This document shows, piece by piece, positions 1-10,724 of a stretch of DNA of 64,000 bases. Below the pieces are notes generated by a model. It saw only the letters and a list, made by a program, of their open reading frames with translations, did no database searches and was not told the origin of the DNA. Numbering within the stretch: the stretch's first letter is position 1; each line of letters begins with the position of its first letter. This DNA is from Squalus acanthias (taxonomy: Eukaryota): NCBI GenBank assembly GCA_030390025.1, contig CM059433.1, forward strand, positions 4,464,001 through 4,528,000. Direction: 5' to 3'. Position numbers and translations under genes: made by a program.

Positions 1-825
1 TTTGCGGTCTAGAAGCATGTGCAAACAGTTCTCTTTCATGGTTCCTAAGCATTAAATTGGAATGGCTTCTTCTGGCCAATGTCAGTGATCCAGGACCAGG
101 CTGTGAGGTAGATTTGTGGCCAAAGGAGGAAACGGCTGCAGAGAGGGTGGGCTCTGGTGTTCATTGACCTGTCACTGAGTACACTGGAGCCAGTCAGCCT
201 CACAGCAGGCACACCTCTTTGCCAAAGGCCCTTACATGATGACCTGAATTAAGTAGTGGTGGTGAGTAAAAACCTGGTTCATGGCATTGGACTTGGATGT
301 CCACCATGCAACTCATGAAGAGGGCTCAACCCTGCACTTATCAATTCTCTGGAGACTATCCACCTTGGAGGGAATTAAGTGATGTCTCTTTGGGGTTGAG
401 GTGGCTCGAAGTTGACACAACTGGCAATAGAAGTGTAGAGCTAAGTCAAATTTCTGTGACAGACCAATACCTACACCAGGTAAGACCACAGTTCTGGTTC
501 ACTAGTCGAAGCTGGAGAAATAGGCCTATCATTGGAGACTGGGACTCTTCGCACTCAGCCCCAGATAACTCTACAAGACAATGTCCCAATGGGTGGAGTG
601 GTTCTGCCTGGACAACAGTGACGCATGTACCAGTGTTCTCTGTGGGGTAAACAGCTTCAGAATTACCCCTGTGGACACTTTGGGCTCCCTAAGTCTTGGC
701 TTTACCAACTTGTGCCTAAGCTTTTCTGGAATTGAGTAAGTAGGATGAGTCTCTGTGTGCACTCCAAATACAAACTCTAACTGTGTGGATTTCTCAGTAG
801 AATGCTTGAAGATTTTTAAACATGT

Positions 826-997
826 AGGCAGAGACCCTCATCACATTTAAAAAGTGCTTGGATGAGCACTTGAAGAGCCGTAACCTACAGTGCTATGGAC
901 CTAGTGCTGGAAGGTGGGATTAGGCTGGATAGCTCTTTTCTGACCGGCATGGACACGATGGGCTGAATGTGTCGTAATTTTTCTATGATTCTATGAT
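826..997 (+). mobile_element. CR1 LINE 3' end fragment
   Basis: ORF2 C-terminal-like ...ACATTTAAAAAGTGCTTGGATGAGCACTTG..., CR1 3'UTR-like GGACACGATGGGCTGAATG and terminal (ATTCTATG)-type repeats. Confidence 0.75.
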
Positions 998-1160
998 GAT
1001 AGGTTTCCTCAATGTCAAACAACCATATGACCATTTGGAAGTCCCACTCCTTATTGCGATATAGTGATCTCTGCTGAAACATGCCCTCCTTGGGTAAAAA
1101 TGTCACATTGAGGCCCTAGAAAGGGAGAGTTAAATAAATAGTGATTCTTGGATTGTGGTT

Positions 1161-2170
1161 GCTATTTTATTACGGAGTGATTATTTGCACCGCATTTTTG
1201 GTTCTCTCTGTGCATACGCGCCCGTTGGGTACTGCGCATGGGCACTTGATCCAGGGTCGTGCATGCGCAGTACCCAATGGTGCGGCGGCCTAAACCGCCA
1301 TGCTTTCCTCGGCTCCGTGCAGAGAAGGTCAGGGGATTTGTTTGTGGCCGGGGGGAAGAGCGGATCGGAGGGGGCAGGAGAGGTTCGAGGGGGGAGGAGA
1401 GAATCGAGGGGGGAGGAGAGGATTGAGGGGGGAGGAGAGGATCGAGGGGGGAGGAGAGGATCGAGGGGGGAGAGAGGATCGGAGGGGGGAGAGAGAGGAT
1501 CAGAGGGGGGAGGAGAGGATCGGAGGGGGAGGGGGAGGAGAGGATCGAGGGGGGGAGGAGGAGCAAAGGGGGAGGAAAGGATCAAAGGGGGGAGAGAGGA
1601 TCGGAGGGGGGAGAGAGAGGATCGGAGGGGGGAGGAGAGGATCGAGGGGGGGAGGAGAGGATCGAGGGGGGGAGGAGAGGATCGAGGGGGGGAGGAGAGG
1701 ATCGAGGGGGGGAGGAGGAGCAAAGGGGGAGGAGAGGATCAAAGGGGGGAGAGAGGATCGGAGGGGGGAGAGAGAGGATCGGAGGGGGGAGGAGAGGATC
1801 GAGGGGGGGAGGAGAGGATCGAGGGGGGGAGGAGGTCAGGAGCTCAGGGTGGGGGGAGAGCACGGAGAGAACAGTGGGGATGGGGGAAGAACGTGATCCA
1901 GGTCTAAATGTGGGGGGGGGACGATAGCGAGAACATGATCCAGATGGGAAGACGGATCACGTTCTCCCCCCTCCGTTAGAAGTGGATCACGTTCTTCCAA
2001 CCCCACCCCCTTTACACCCGCCCCACGTTCTCCCTCTCCTCCCCCAAGACCTGGTTGATTTCTCCGAAAGCGCGGCGCATGTGCGGCAAGTGACATCTTT
2101 GGATTGGACGAAACCCGGAAGTCACGACACTGTCACTATTCACTTCATGCCCGATAAACCTGTTAATAGC
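1161..2170. mobile_element. Unclassified CpG-rich element with internal hairpins, hosting a purine-rich minisatellite
   Basis: Abrupt CpG enrichment relative to flanks; inverted repeats at 1222-1280 and 1882-1998; boundaries approximate, no clear TIR/TSD. Confidence 0.35.
1352..1860 (+). repeat. Purine-rich minisatellite, ~19-21 bp unit GGAGGAGAGGATCGAGGGGG
   Basis: About 20 tandem GGATC-containing units with variable G-runs; + strand almost only G/A. Confidence 0.95.
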
Positions 2171-3018
2171 CTGTGACCCTCACACAATGCCCCATCTATG
2201 GCAGGGTGGTGAGAAGGTGGGGGAGAAGATCAGGAACTTGTTGTGGGGTGAAGGTAAGGAACTTGTCTGGCAAAACAAATGCATCAGAAATAACTGTCCA
2301 GATTTGTTCCTGATACCTCGATTGTAGGGGAGGGACTTGTTATTTTTAAAACCTTTTTCTTAGGTCCTTGAAATGTTGATGCCTTGAGGGTTTGGCTGCA
2401 CTGCAGCATGACATTGTTTGATTTCTTCCTTTTCCTATTTCATGCAATTAGCTCAGATAATGTTTGCCACTATAAGCTCGACTACTCCCATCCTCTGCCC
2501 TCTGTTACTTGAAAAGTAGGTTAATCCCATCTGAGACTTTTGCTTTATCATTTCTTTCTCGAGATGAAACGGGAAATTTTTATTCCTGATATACAAATAA
2601 TTCTACATTACCCGACAGATGCGCGAGTGAAATCAGCTGATCTAAGCTCTCAATAAGGCTTTGAGCAAAATGTTCCTCACGCATATTATTTAACACATCA
2701 GCTTGACGTCTTTTAAAGTGATTGCTTTTCTGCAGGCTAATCTGGGATCTCAGCCAACTGCTTAGTTGCACAAGATCTGAAGAATAATCAACAGAAAATT
2801 GTTGATGTGACTTCGTGTAAGCTAAATGGATGGGAGAGGAATGAAGATGAAAAGATAGACATGCCACTCCTGAATCCCTATATATTTAAATGCTGGGTAG
2901 AAACGGTGGGTTGAGAAAAGATACGGGCGTCACATTATGATGATAGAGAGCTATCTTATTGTGAATGAGATTTCCTGCAGTGTCTACATTAAATTAACAC
3001 TGATTGTACGATGTTATT

Positions 3019-3266
3019 ACATAGAAACATAGAAACATAGAAGATAGGAGCAGGAGTAGGCCATTCGGCCCCTCAAGCCTGCTCCGCCATTCAATGAGAT
3101 CATGGCTGATCATCCAAATTCAGTACCCTGTCCCTGCCTTCTCCCCATATCCCTTGATCCCTTTAGCTTTAAGAAATATATCTAACTCATTCTTGAAAAT
3201 ATTTAATGACTTGGCCTCAACTACCTTCTGTGGTAGAGAATTCCACAGGTTCACCACTCTCTGGGT
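3019..3266 (-). mobile_element. CR1 LINE 3' end (5'-truncated)
   Basis: (CATAGAAA)n tail on +; minus translation QRVVNLWNSLPQKVVEAKSLNIFKNELDIFL is the CR1 ORF2 C-terminus. Confidence 0.93.
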
Positions 3267-3584
3267 ACGTTCTCTAAATTGGGGACTTTTAAAGAGGCAA
3301 CAGATGAGATAGTAGAGGCGGCTAATACCAAGTTTAGCCACACCCGCAGATTTTATAACATTACAAGGTGTGTTCTCCATATCGCAGCTGAAGATACAAC
3401 AACGAGGTCTGACTAGGATCAGCCCACTCTTCTGAGTTAGAAATAATCATACAACAATTAATACTCACATTTCAGTGTATATATATATTTATGTATTTCA
3501 AAAATAGGTATAGATTCAGTGTTTTTAGCAATAGCTGATGCAATTATATCTTTACAAAAATACTCTTTTGGATGAGACATTAAA

Positions 3585-5868
3585 CTAATCTGTCTTTCGT
3601 GTGCCTTTACCTACTCTAGTGCTCCTACGCAGTGCTCCCCCAGTGGCTGCAGCATGGCTGGTGGAAGGCTGCTGACTTTCAGTGTGGGAGACGACAGATG
3701 GCCTTGCAGGATGACCTCGACCAGTTCTGGGCCTAGAAGGCCCGGTTGTAGACTGCACCACCTCGGCATGGGCGGCAGCAGTCTGGGCTGGCTGGATGAC
3801 TGGCAAGAGCAATGGCGGAGTGGTAGTGGTGGGAGTAGGAATGCTGTCATCCTGAGAGAGGACAGCAGGTTCTTGCTCCACAGACCCACTGCCACTCCCC
3901 CGGGGCAGCACCTCAACATTCCTAGCAATCTGTTGGAGGACAGATTGCTGGCCTGCTGTGATACCCTGCAAACCCCTTTCGAGACTCATAAACCCAGCGA
4001 TGATGGCAGCAGTCTGAGCTTGCGTGGCAGCAAGCTGAGCCTGCAGGAGAGCAGTCTGCGCTTCCACTGCACGACATTGGGTCACTTCCGCCTGTGCTGC
4101 AAGAATGCCCATCACACCCAGCATCATCCGTGGGTCCACAAGGTCTCTCCTGGAGTTGTCCATCATTTCCATCCTGGAAATCATGAGCTCTAAGCTCTGT
4201 GCAAAGCCCCGTGCAATGTTGGAGCCGGACTCCTCCATGCTCCCTGACACTGACAAGAGGCTCTCTGGCAGCCTTGCCCTTGCACCTAGGATTTACGTGT
4301 GTGTGCCCATCACCCTTCTTCTGAAGGCCGGCCCATCGAGTCCTGAATATCTGAATCATGTGCCGCAGAACTCATGCACGAACTCGCCCTCCAGGGAGCT
4401 GGCACCCGAGCTACCTTTTCCCCCTGGGCTTGCTGCAGCCCAGTCTTGCCCGGTGCCTCACCATGTGCAGATCCCGCCTCTACACTACCCTCTAAAGTCC
4501 GCACAGTGCCAGTTTCTGAGCTGGTGTCTGTGAGTGTCAAATGCAGTGACGATGTCTCGACTTCGTCTCTTCCATCAGTTTGCTGATGATAAAGGATAGG
4601 CTGGCCTGCTGGCAGTTCTTGGGTATCTGAAAGCAGAAAGGCACAAGGGTCAGGTTGTGGTGAAGGGATGGGGGTGGGGTAAAGCAAGATATCCATGGAT
4701 ACACCATCAGCAGCTTGTAAGTGAGAAGAGATTGTGGGATGAAGAGGAAGTGGGATGTGAGAAGGAGGATTAGGTGTGACCATACTGTCATCAGCAATGG
4801 TTTCAACCAAGTGGCAGCTGTGGCTCAGTGGGCAGCACACTCGCCGCTGAGTCAGAAGGTTGTGGGTTCAAATCCCACTCCAGGGACTTGAGTACAGAAA
4901 GCTAGGCTGACACTCCAGTGCAGTGCTGAGGGAGTGCTGCACTGTCAGAGGTGCTGTCTTTCAGATGAGACGTTAAAGCGAGGCCCCGTCTGCTCTCTCA
5001 GGTGGATGTAAAAGATCCCATGGCACTATTTCGAAGAAGAGCAGGGGAGTTATCCCCAGTGTCCTAGCCAATATATATCCCTCAACTAACATCACTAAAA
5101 TAGATTATCTGATCATTATCACATTGCTGTTTGTGGGAGCTTGCTGTGCACAACTTGGCTGGTGTCTGTGAGTGTCAAATGCACTGTTTCCGACATTACA
5201 ACAGTGACTATACTTCATTGGCTGTAAAGTGCTTTGGGACACTGGTGGTCGTGAGAGGTGCTACAGAAATGCAAGTCTTCTCCACTGGCCACGGACTCTG
5301 TCACTGCCCCTCTAATGATTTCAAGGACAGATTCCTCGACTTCCATTAGGTTCTCAATTGTGGCTTGGCTGCCTCCTGTTTGTTATTGCTCCCTTCTGTT
5401 GTGAGCCACCTTGGCCTGCAAGAGAAAGGGAAGTGTGTCAGTGAGTGTGGTGCAATGTGTTTGGGTGATGTGCCTGCCATAGTTAAATAGGTGTGCAAGG
5501 TGTGAGTGTTGCAGCAGCGAGGGTGAAGTGAAGCCGTGAATGGTGATAGCTAGAGATTGCTGGTCGGTGAGTGATGGGGGTGTGGTGTGTGAGGCTTGTG
5601 GTGCAGATGGTGGGATGTGGCATTTGCTGAAGCCGTCACTCACCTTGACCTGCCGTGTGAGGTCATTAAACTTTGTGCGGCACTGGATCCAGGTCCTTGG
5701 GACAACAATGCTGGCCATGACTGATTCTGGAATCTCTTCCCATAACCTTCTGATGATGACCATGGATGCCCGCTTGCCTCCCTGCGGGTACAGGACAGCA
5801 CACCTTCGTTGGACCCCCATGACCAAGGCCTCCAGTGCAGCATCTGTAAATCTTCTAGCTCGTTCTCT
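3585..5868 (-). pseudogene. Spliced Myb/SANT-like DNA-binding accessory gene of a PIF/Harbinger transposon (NAIF1/MYPOP-like), disrupted
   Basis: Exon1 ~5868-5644 RERARRFTDAALEALV...WEEI...RTWIQCRTKFNDL then AAG|GTGAGT; exon2 5415-4786 (AKVAHNRREQ*QTGG...EESVLEII, in-frame TAA at 5385-5383, SINE inserted); exon3 from 4626 (ctttcag|ATACCC) to ~3585, low complexity/coiled coil with a frameshift near 4300. Confidence 0.8.
4811..5281 (+). mobile_element. DeuSINE (SacSINE1-like tRNA-derived SINE)
   Basis: Pol III A box TGGCTCAGTGG, B box GGTTCAAATCC, Deu core GGTGCTGTCTTTCAGATGAGACGTTAAA...AAAGATCCCATGGCACTATTTCGAAGAAGAGCAGGGG, L2-like 3' tail. Confidence 0.9.
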
Positions 5869-5869
5869 A

Positions 5870-6084
5870 AATTCTCTACCCCATAGGGCTGTGGAGGCTC
5901 AGTCGATGAGTATATTCAAGACAGAGATCGATAGATTTTTGGATATTAAGGGAATCAAGGGATATGGGGATAGTGCAGGAAAGTGGAGATGAGGTAAAAG
6001 ATCAGCCATGATCTTCTTGAATGGTGGAGCAGGCTCGAGGGGCCAAATGGCCCACTCTTGCTCCTATTTCTTATGTTCTTATGT
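5870..6084 (+). mobile_element. CR1 LINE 3' end inserted in the Harbinger element
   Basis: NSLPHRAVEAQSMSIFKTEIDRFLDIKGIKGYG and (TTCTTATG)n tail. Confidence 0.92.
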
Positions 6085-6085
6085 C

Positions 6086-6337
6086 TAAGTAATGGAGAGA
6101 GCCTAGGCCAAACTTTATTGGCCATTAGACTGCTCCCGATGTTGCTCCCCCCTCCCCCCACTCGTTGAGTGCTAAGCCAATCAGCAGCGTGTTTAGCACT
6201 GAGCTCAACGCTCCAATCATGTTAATGAGCAGGCAGCATGAATTTTGTGTGCTGCCTGCACCACTTCGAACCGGCGAAGGCAAATCGCGCTGGCCAGTGC
6301 CACCACCCGTTTTCGGGCCTTACCCAATTTCTTGGCC
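6086..6337 (-). mobile_element. Probable terminal/promoter region of the Harbinger element
   Basis: Lies upstream of the Myb exon 1; ends in CCCAATTTCTTGGCC, resembling the GG(G)CC..AAATT termini of the other TIR elements in this window. Confidence 0.5.
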
Positions 6338-7984
6338 AATAAGTTATGTTTTGTTCAGAAGTCACCATTGTTCTTATACTTATTGTATATATTTAGTAGA
6401 ATTTTCTCCCAACACCATGAAGACACATTTGCTTTTGTACTGTAGAAAAAATTGGTATTTTCACATATTCTAGCTCTCAACAGCAGTCTTCGACAGAACA
6501 ACCCTGGCAATTTAACAGGGCTCTTAAAAATGAAAAGATCCAGTTTATTGTGTAACAATAGAACCAGAAAAGGTCATGTTTTCCCACATAGTCCTGTTCA
6601 TAATCATATACTCAAAACAATTATAAATATTGTTTGGAAAGATACAATGAATGATGAGTTTTTGCAATACTGTTCAAATACCATATTTGGTACAGTGCTC
6701 CTTAATATGCTAAATAAGCAGTAAGCTTGCAACTTGTGATTCTACTTAGAACAGCATAACAAATATTCCTGAACACACTGCAGCAATGTAGGCATGACGC
6801 ACTTCTCTGGGAGAAGATGTACAAACAGCAATGTAGAATTTTCTCTGCTGTTTACTGTGGTGTAGATTGACAGCATGTTTACTGTCCATTGATGCTCCAA
6901 TGCACTTCAACTCCCTGCCCCACCTTTCATTGCACGCTGTCCAAGTTCACTGTAAATCTAGTAGAAGCCCTCTTCACCAGAAGAAAGCTCACACCTTGAG
7001 GCCAGTGTTTCGGAGTAGATCATGCCTCTCAAAAGGGCGCAGTTAGTTTTTGCATACTCCAGAGCCCTTGACATTTCACAGCTCTCGGGCCGTAATGAAG
7101 CAGTTGCTGGCAGGCTGGGGTGGAAGAGAAAATCTGCCGGGGTGTCAAAACAGGCTGCCGATTCGCGACCGCCCAAGAACAATTTCATCCCCACTTATTC
7201 CGTTTTCTACAGAAAATCGGTGAGGTTACACTACAAATATTAGGACTGATTTTCCAAACGCGCCACTCCCAGCACGGCGTCTCACTCACTGGCAGTGCAT
7301 CGGGATCACACCTGCAATTTTCCAACATGTGCTGAAGGGCTAAGGCTCCACATTCAGAAAATTAATCCTTTTGTGCGCACTTCAATCGCCTGCCTTCAAA
7401 GAGCATTCAGACATTGAGGGGTTCAGAGACCTTAGCAGCAGAATAATATATTGTACTTTACATGGTACAGTTCTCTTGTCTGTGTATATAGAATTTGGTA
7501 CGCTTTGGCACACTTCAAATGTTAAACTTTGTCACATATGCAGATTTTTGAGTCACACTTTTTTGAAAAAAATGAAAATATTAAAAAAAAGCAAGCCAAT
7601 CATTTCCTACTGGTTTCACCTAACCTCCAATTGCCGAACAGCAATCAGTACTAATTAACTGCACACAGATACCGCAATATAACAGTGTATTCTCCAACTT
7701 ACCACAAGCAGCAACATAATAGATCAGCTAGTTTTATATAATATTTGCAATCTTTAAAAATAATCAGACTCCCGAGGATTTTCCACATCTGTGCTCGTCA
7801 GCCTGTGCTTCTGCCAATGGGCAGAAAATCATGGGCTGCCAAACATAGAAGGAGAAAACCCCAGCCCCTCAACGTTATTATCTTCTGACACTAGCACATG
7901 AATTAAAATATAAAAGGGGAAGGGGGAAGGGCTGTGACACCATTACTTATATTAAATAATATTTGTCATGGATTATCATCCAAA

Positions 7985-8454
7985 GTGTCAGCTGTGGCTC
8001 AGTGGGTAGCACACTCACCTCTGAGTCAGAAGGTTGTGGGTTCAAGTCCCACTCCAGGGACTTGAACACATAAAGCTAGGCTGACACTCCAGTGCAGTGC
8101 TGAGGGAGCGCTGCACTGTCGGAGGTGCCGTCTTTCGGATGAGACGTTAAACCGAGGCCCTGTCTGCCCTCTCGGTTAGACGTGAAAGATCCTATGCCAT
8201 TATTTTGAAGAAGAACAGAGGAGTTATCCTCGGTGTCCTAGTCAATATTTATCCCTCAATCAACATCTAAAACAGTTTATCTGGTCATTATCACATTGCT
8301 GTTTGTGGGAGCTTGCTGTACGCAAATTGGCTGCCGCGTTTCCTACATTACAACAGTGACTGCATTTCAAAAGTACTTCATTGGCTGTAAAGCGCTTTGA
8401 GACGTCCGGTGGTTGTGAAAGGCGCCATATAAATGCAAGTCTTTCTTTTCTTTC
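7985..8454 (+). mobile_element. DeuSINE (SacSINE1-like), full length
   Basis: A/B boxes, Deu core, tail AAAGGCGCCATATAAATGCAAGTCTTTC. Confidence 0.93.
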
Positions 8455-8874
8455 AAATGTATAGCTGGCAATTTTTGGCATTTTGAATCCAACATCCTGA
8501 TGTCCAGCCTAGCTCCGCTCAGCCTTCCCATCACCCCACTAACAAGTTCAACTCCACCTTCCCAGCTAGTGCAGTATTGGCTCTATTTACCCAGCCGTGT
8601 GAGCAAGGACTGCTCGTTCAGATCACTGTGACAGAGGGGTAGGCAGAGGTCCACACGCGCACATTCAAACATGTTTGGGGAGCAGCTCACCAATCTTTAA
8701 TTGCTGTTGAGATTTTTATTCATTGAGAAGTGCTGACAAGAGATTCTTTGCAATCTTTCAAACGTGAATGGCAATATAGCAGGTGCTAAAGTATGTTTTT
8801 AATCTAATAATTTAGATCTTCATGAGGCTTCTCACTGCTTGCTTTAACACAGCAGTGATGCTCATCATTATTGG

Positions 8875-9180
8875 GGTGAGACTATCTCGTCCAGGTGGTC
8901 TCTCAACTAGTGACCAGATGATCCCTGGTGCTACTCGATGAAAGGCAGGGGAGTTCTCCCAGTGTCCTGACCAACATTTATTCATCAATCAATGCCACTA
9001 AGAAAAAAAAAAGTTTATCTGGTCATTTATCTCATTGCTGTTTGTGGGAGCTTGCTGTGCACACATTGGCTGTCAAATTTGCCTACATTACAACAGTAGC
9101 TGCACTTCAAAAAAGTAATTCATTGGTTCTGAAGTACTTTGGATGTCCTGGAAAATGCTATAAATGCAAGGGTTTTTTTT
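8875..9180 (+). mobile_element. Older, 5'-degenerate DeuSINE copy
   Basis: Diverged match to the 3' two thirds of the SINE (GGGGAGTTCTCCCAGTGTCCTG...CATTGCTGTTTGTGGGAGCTTGCTGTGC...CTATAAATGCAAG). Confidence 0.8.
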
Positions 9181-10724
9181 CAGTTTCATACAACTGCAGT
9201 TTTAGCACCAGGTCAGAATATTGAAAGTGACTCTTTTGTTCAAATCCTTGCTGTGGAAGAATGGTCAAAAAAATCCTGAAATGTGACAACCGCAAACATC
9301 TTTTTGCACCTTTCGCCGCAATCTCTCCGAAGGCAGGCCAAGTTAACAACAGCTTGTGAGATCAGCAGGTTTCTGTGTTTTTCTGTATTTGTTGAGTTTG
9401 TCGGCTATTATTTAAACAAAATTGTAAAAAACGTTCTCTACAATTATAGCAAAGTTTTGCTTCGGGTAACTGCCACTGCCTTTTGTATTCGGGACCCAGG
9501 ATCCTTGGGAGTGTGTTAATAATTGCAGGAGGTTCCCACCACACAGAAAAGCTTGAAAGACCCCTGCATAGACTGAGATGGGAAGATTTCCACTGTGCTT
9601 TATGTACCAAATCATAAACCCCTCTATACACATATAAAGAACTATTTGATTACACAAAGCACACAAAGGAAAGCTTCCCCTAATATCTTTATTTTTGCTT
9701 TACAACATAACATAGGGCAGCAAACGTGAACTGTATTATGCAGGGCAGGTGAAAAGGGATCGAATGCTTTTGAATATTTTTGGGGGGGACGGAAGAAGCT
9801 TCACATGGAACTTTTCCTTCGGCTTTGAACTCGACTAATATTTCAGTCCTGAATTAGCGCCAGCTCAGGTATGGTGTACGCCTATTAAAGTGCGTGTCTA
9901 TAACTGTCTGGCTGCTGGTCTAATTTCCGCCCTTCCCCCCAGAGCATGCTGTGCAGCAGCTGACACATCCAGTCACCACACATTTAACCCAAGCCTCGCA
10001 GCGGCTGATTGAGGAGCGGTTTTGACAGTGGCTTCACCTCCCGTGGTGTTGAGAATGCTCAAACTCATTTCACTTCTGACCTTTAGAGGGACATTGCTGT
10101 CCTGTTGGGGGGGATTAACAGGCAGCACAATTAGATTTAACAGCCTCGAACAGCCTAAGGTGTTCTCATCGCAACTGCACCACCTCAACTCCATATGGGA
10201 TACCGACCGGTGTTGCAAGAATGATTTTCCTAGAAAAGGTCATCCTCATCTGCCAGCTTGAATTTGCATGATGTTCTACACTTTGGGGCGGTTGGAAGCC
10301 TCTGTCTGAAGACAGTGATGCTGTAAAGATCACACTGGCCCATTTATTAACGAGCAGACTTTGCAGCTCGCTGACTTCAAGTGAAATTCTCTAAGACCCG
10401 GTTCCACCGGCAGGGCCTTGCACGCAGTGCGAGTCTTATTGTAAAAACACACCGGCAGTGCCAATGAAATTTCCCAATAGGCCGCCCACTGAATCTGGCA
10501 CCCTGCTGGAGGGGGGGGGGTCTTGGAAATAGCACCCTTCAAGCCAAAGATTTATAGATTCCCTTATAGATGGAAAACTGGTGGAGCTTTATCGCCCATG
10601 TTACGGCAGAACATTAGTGGCACAATAGGCCACGGTGTCCCCGCAGCTGGGGTGGTAAAATATATTTTTTAAATTAGTCAAGGTCCCTATTTCTGACTGC
10701 TTTCTAGTAACGCCTGATGGCAAA

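Noticed and set aside
1..800. Possible coding or retroviral fragment (ORF 297-650)
   Set aside because: No recognisable motif or splice structure
1155..1907. Gly/Arg/Glu-rich and Pro-rich ORFs
   Set aside because: Translations of the purine-rich minisatellite
3268..5873. 13-bp match CGTTCTCTAAATT at two CR1 junctions (3268 and 5861)
   Set aside because: Short enough to be expected by chance in this much sequence
7985..8060. tRNA genes at SINE heads
   Set aside because: The tRNA-like segments run directly into SINE bodies in every copy
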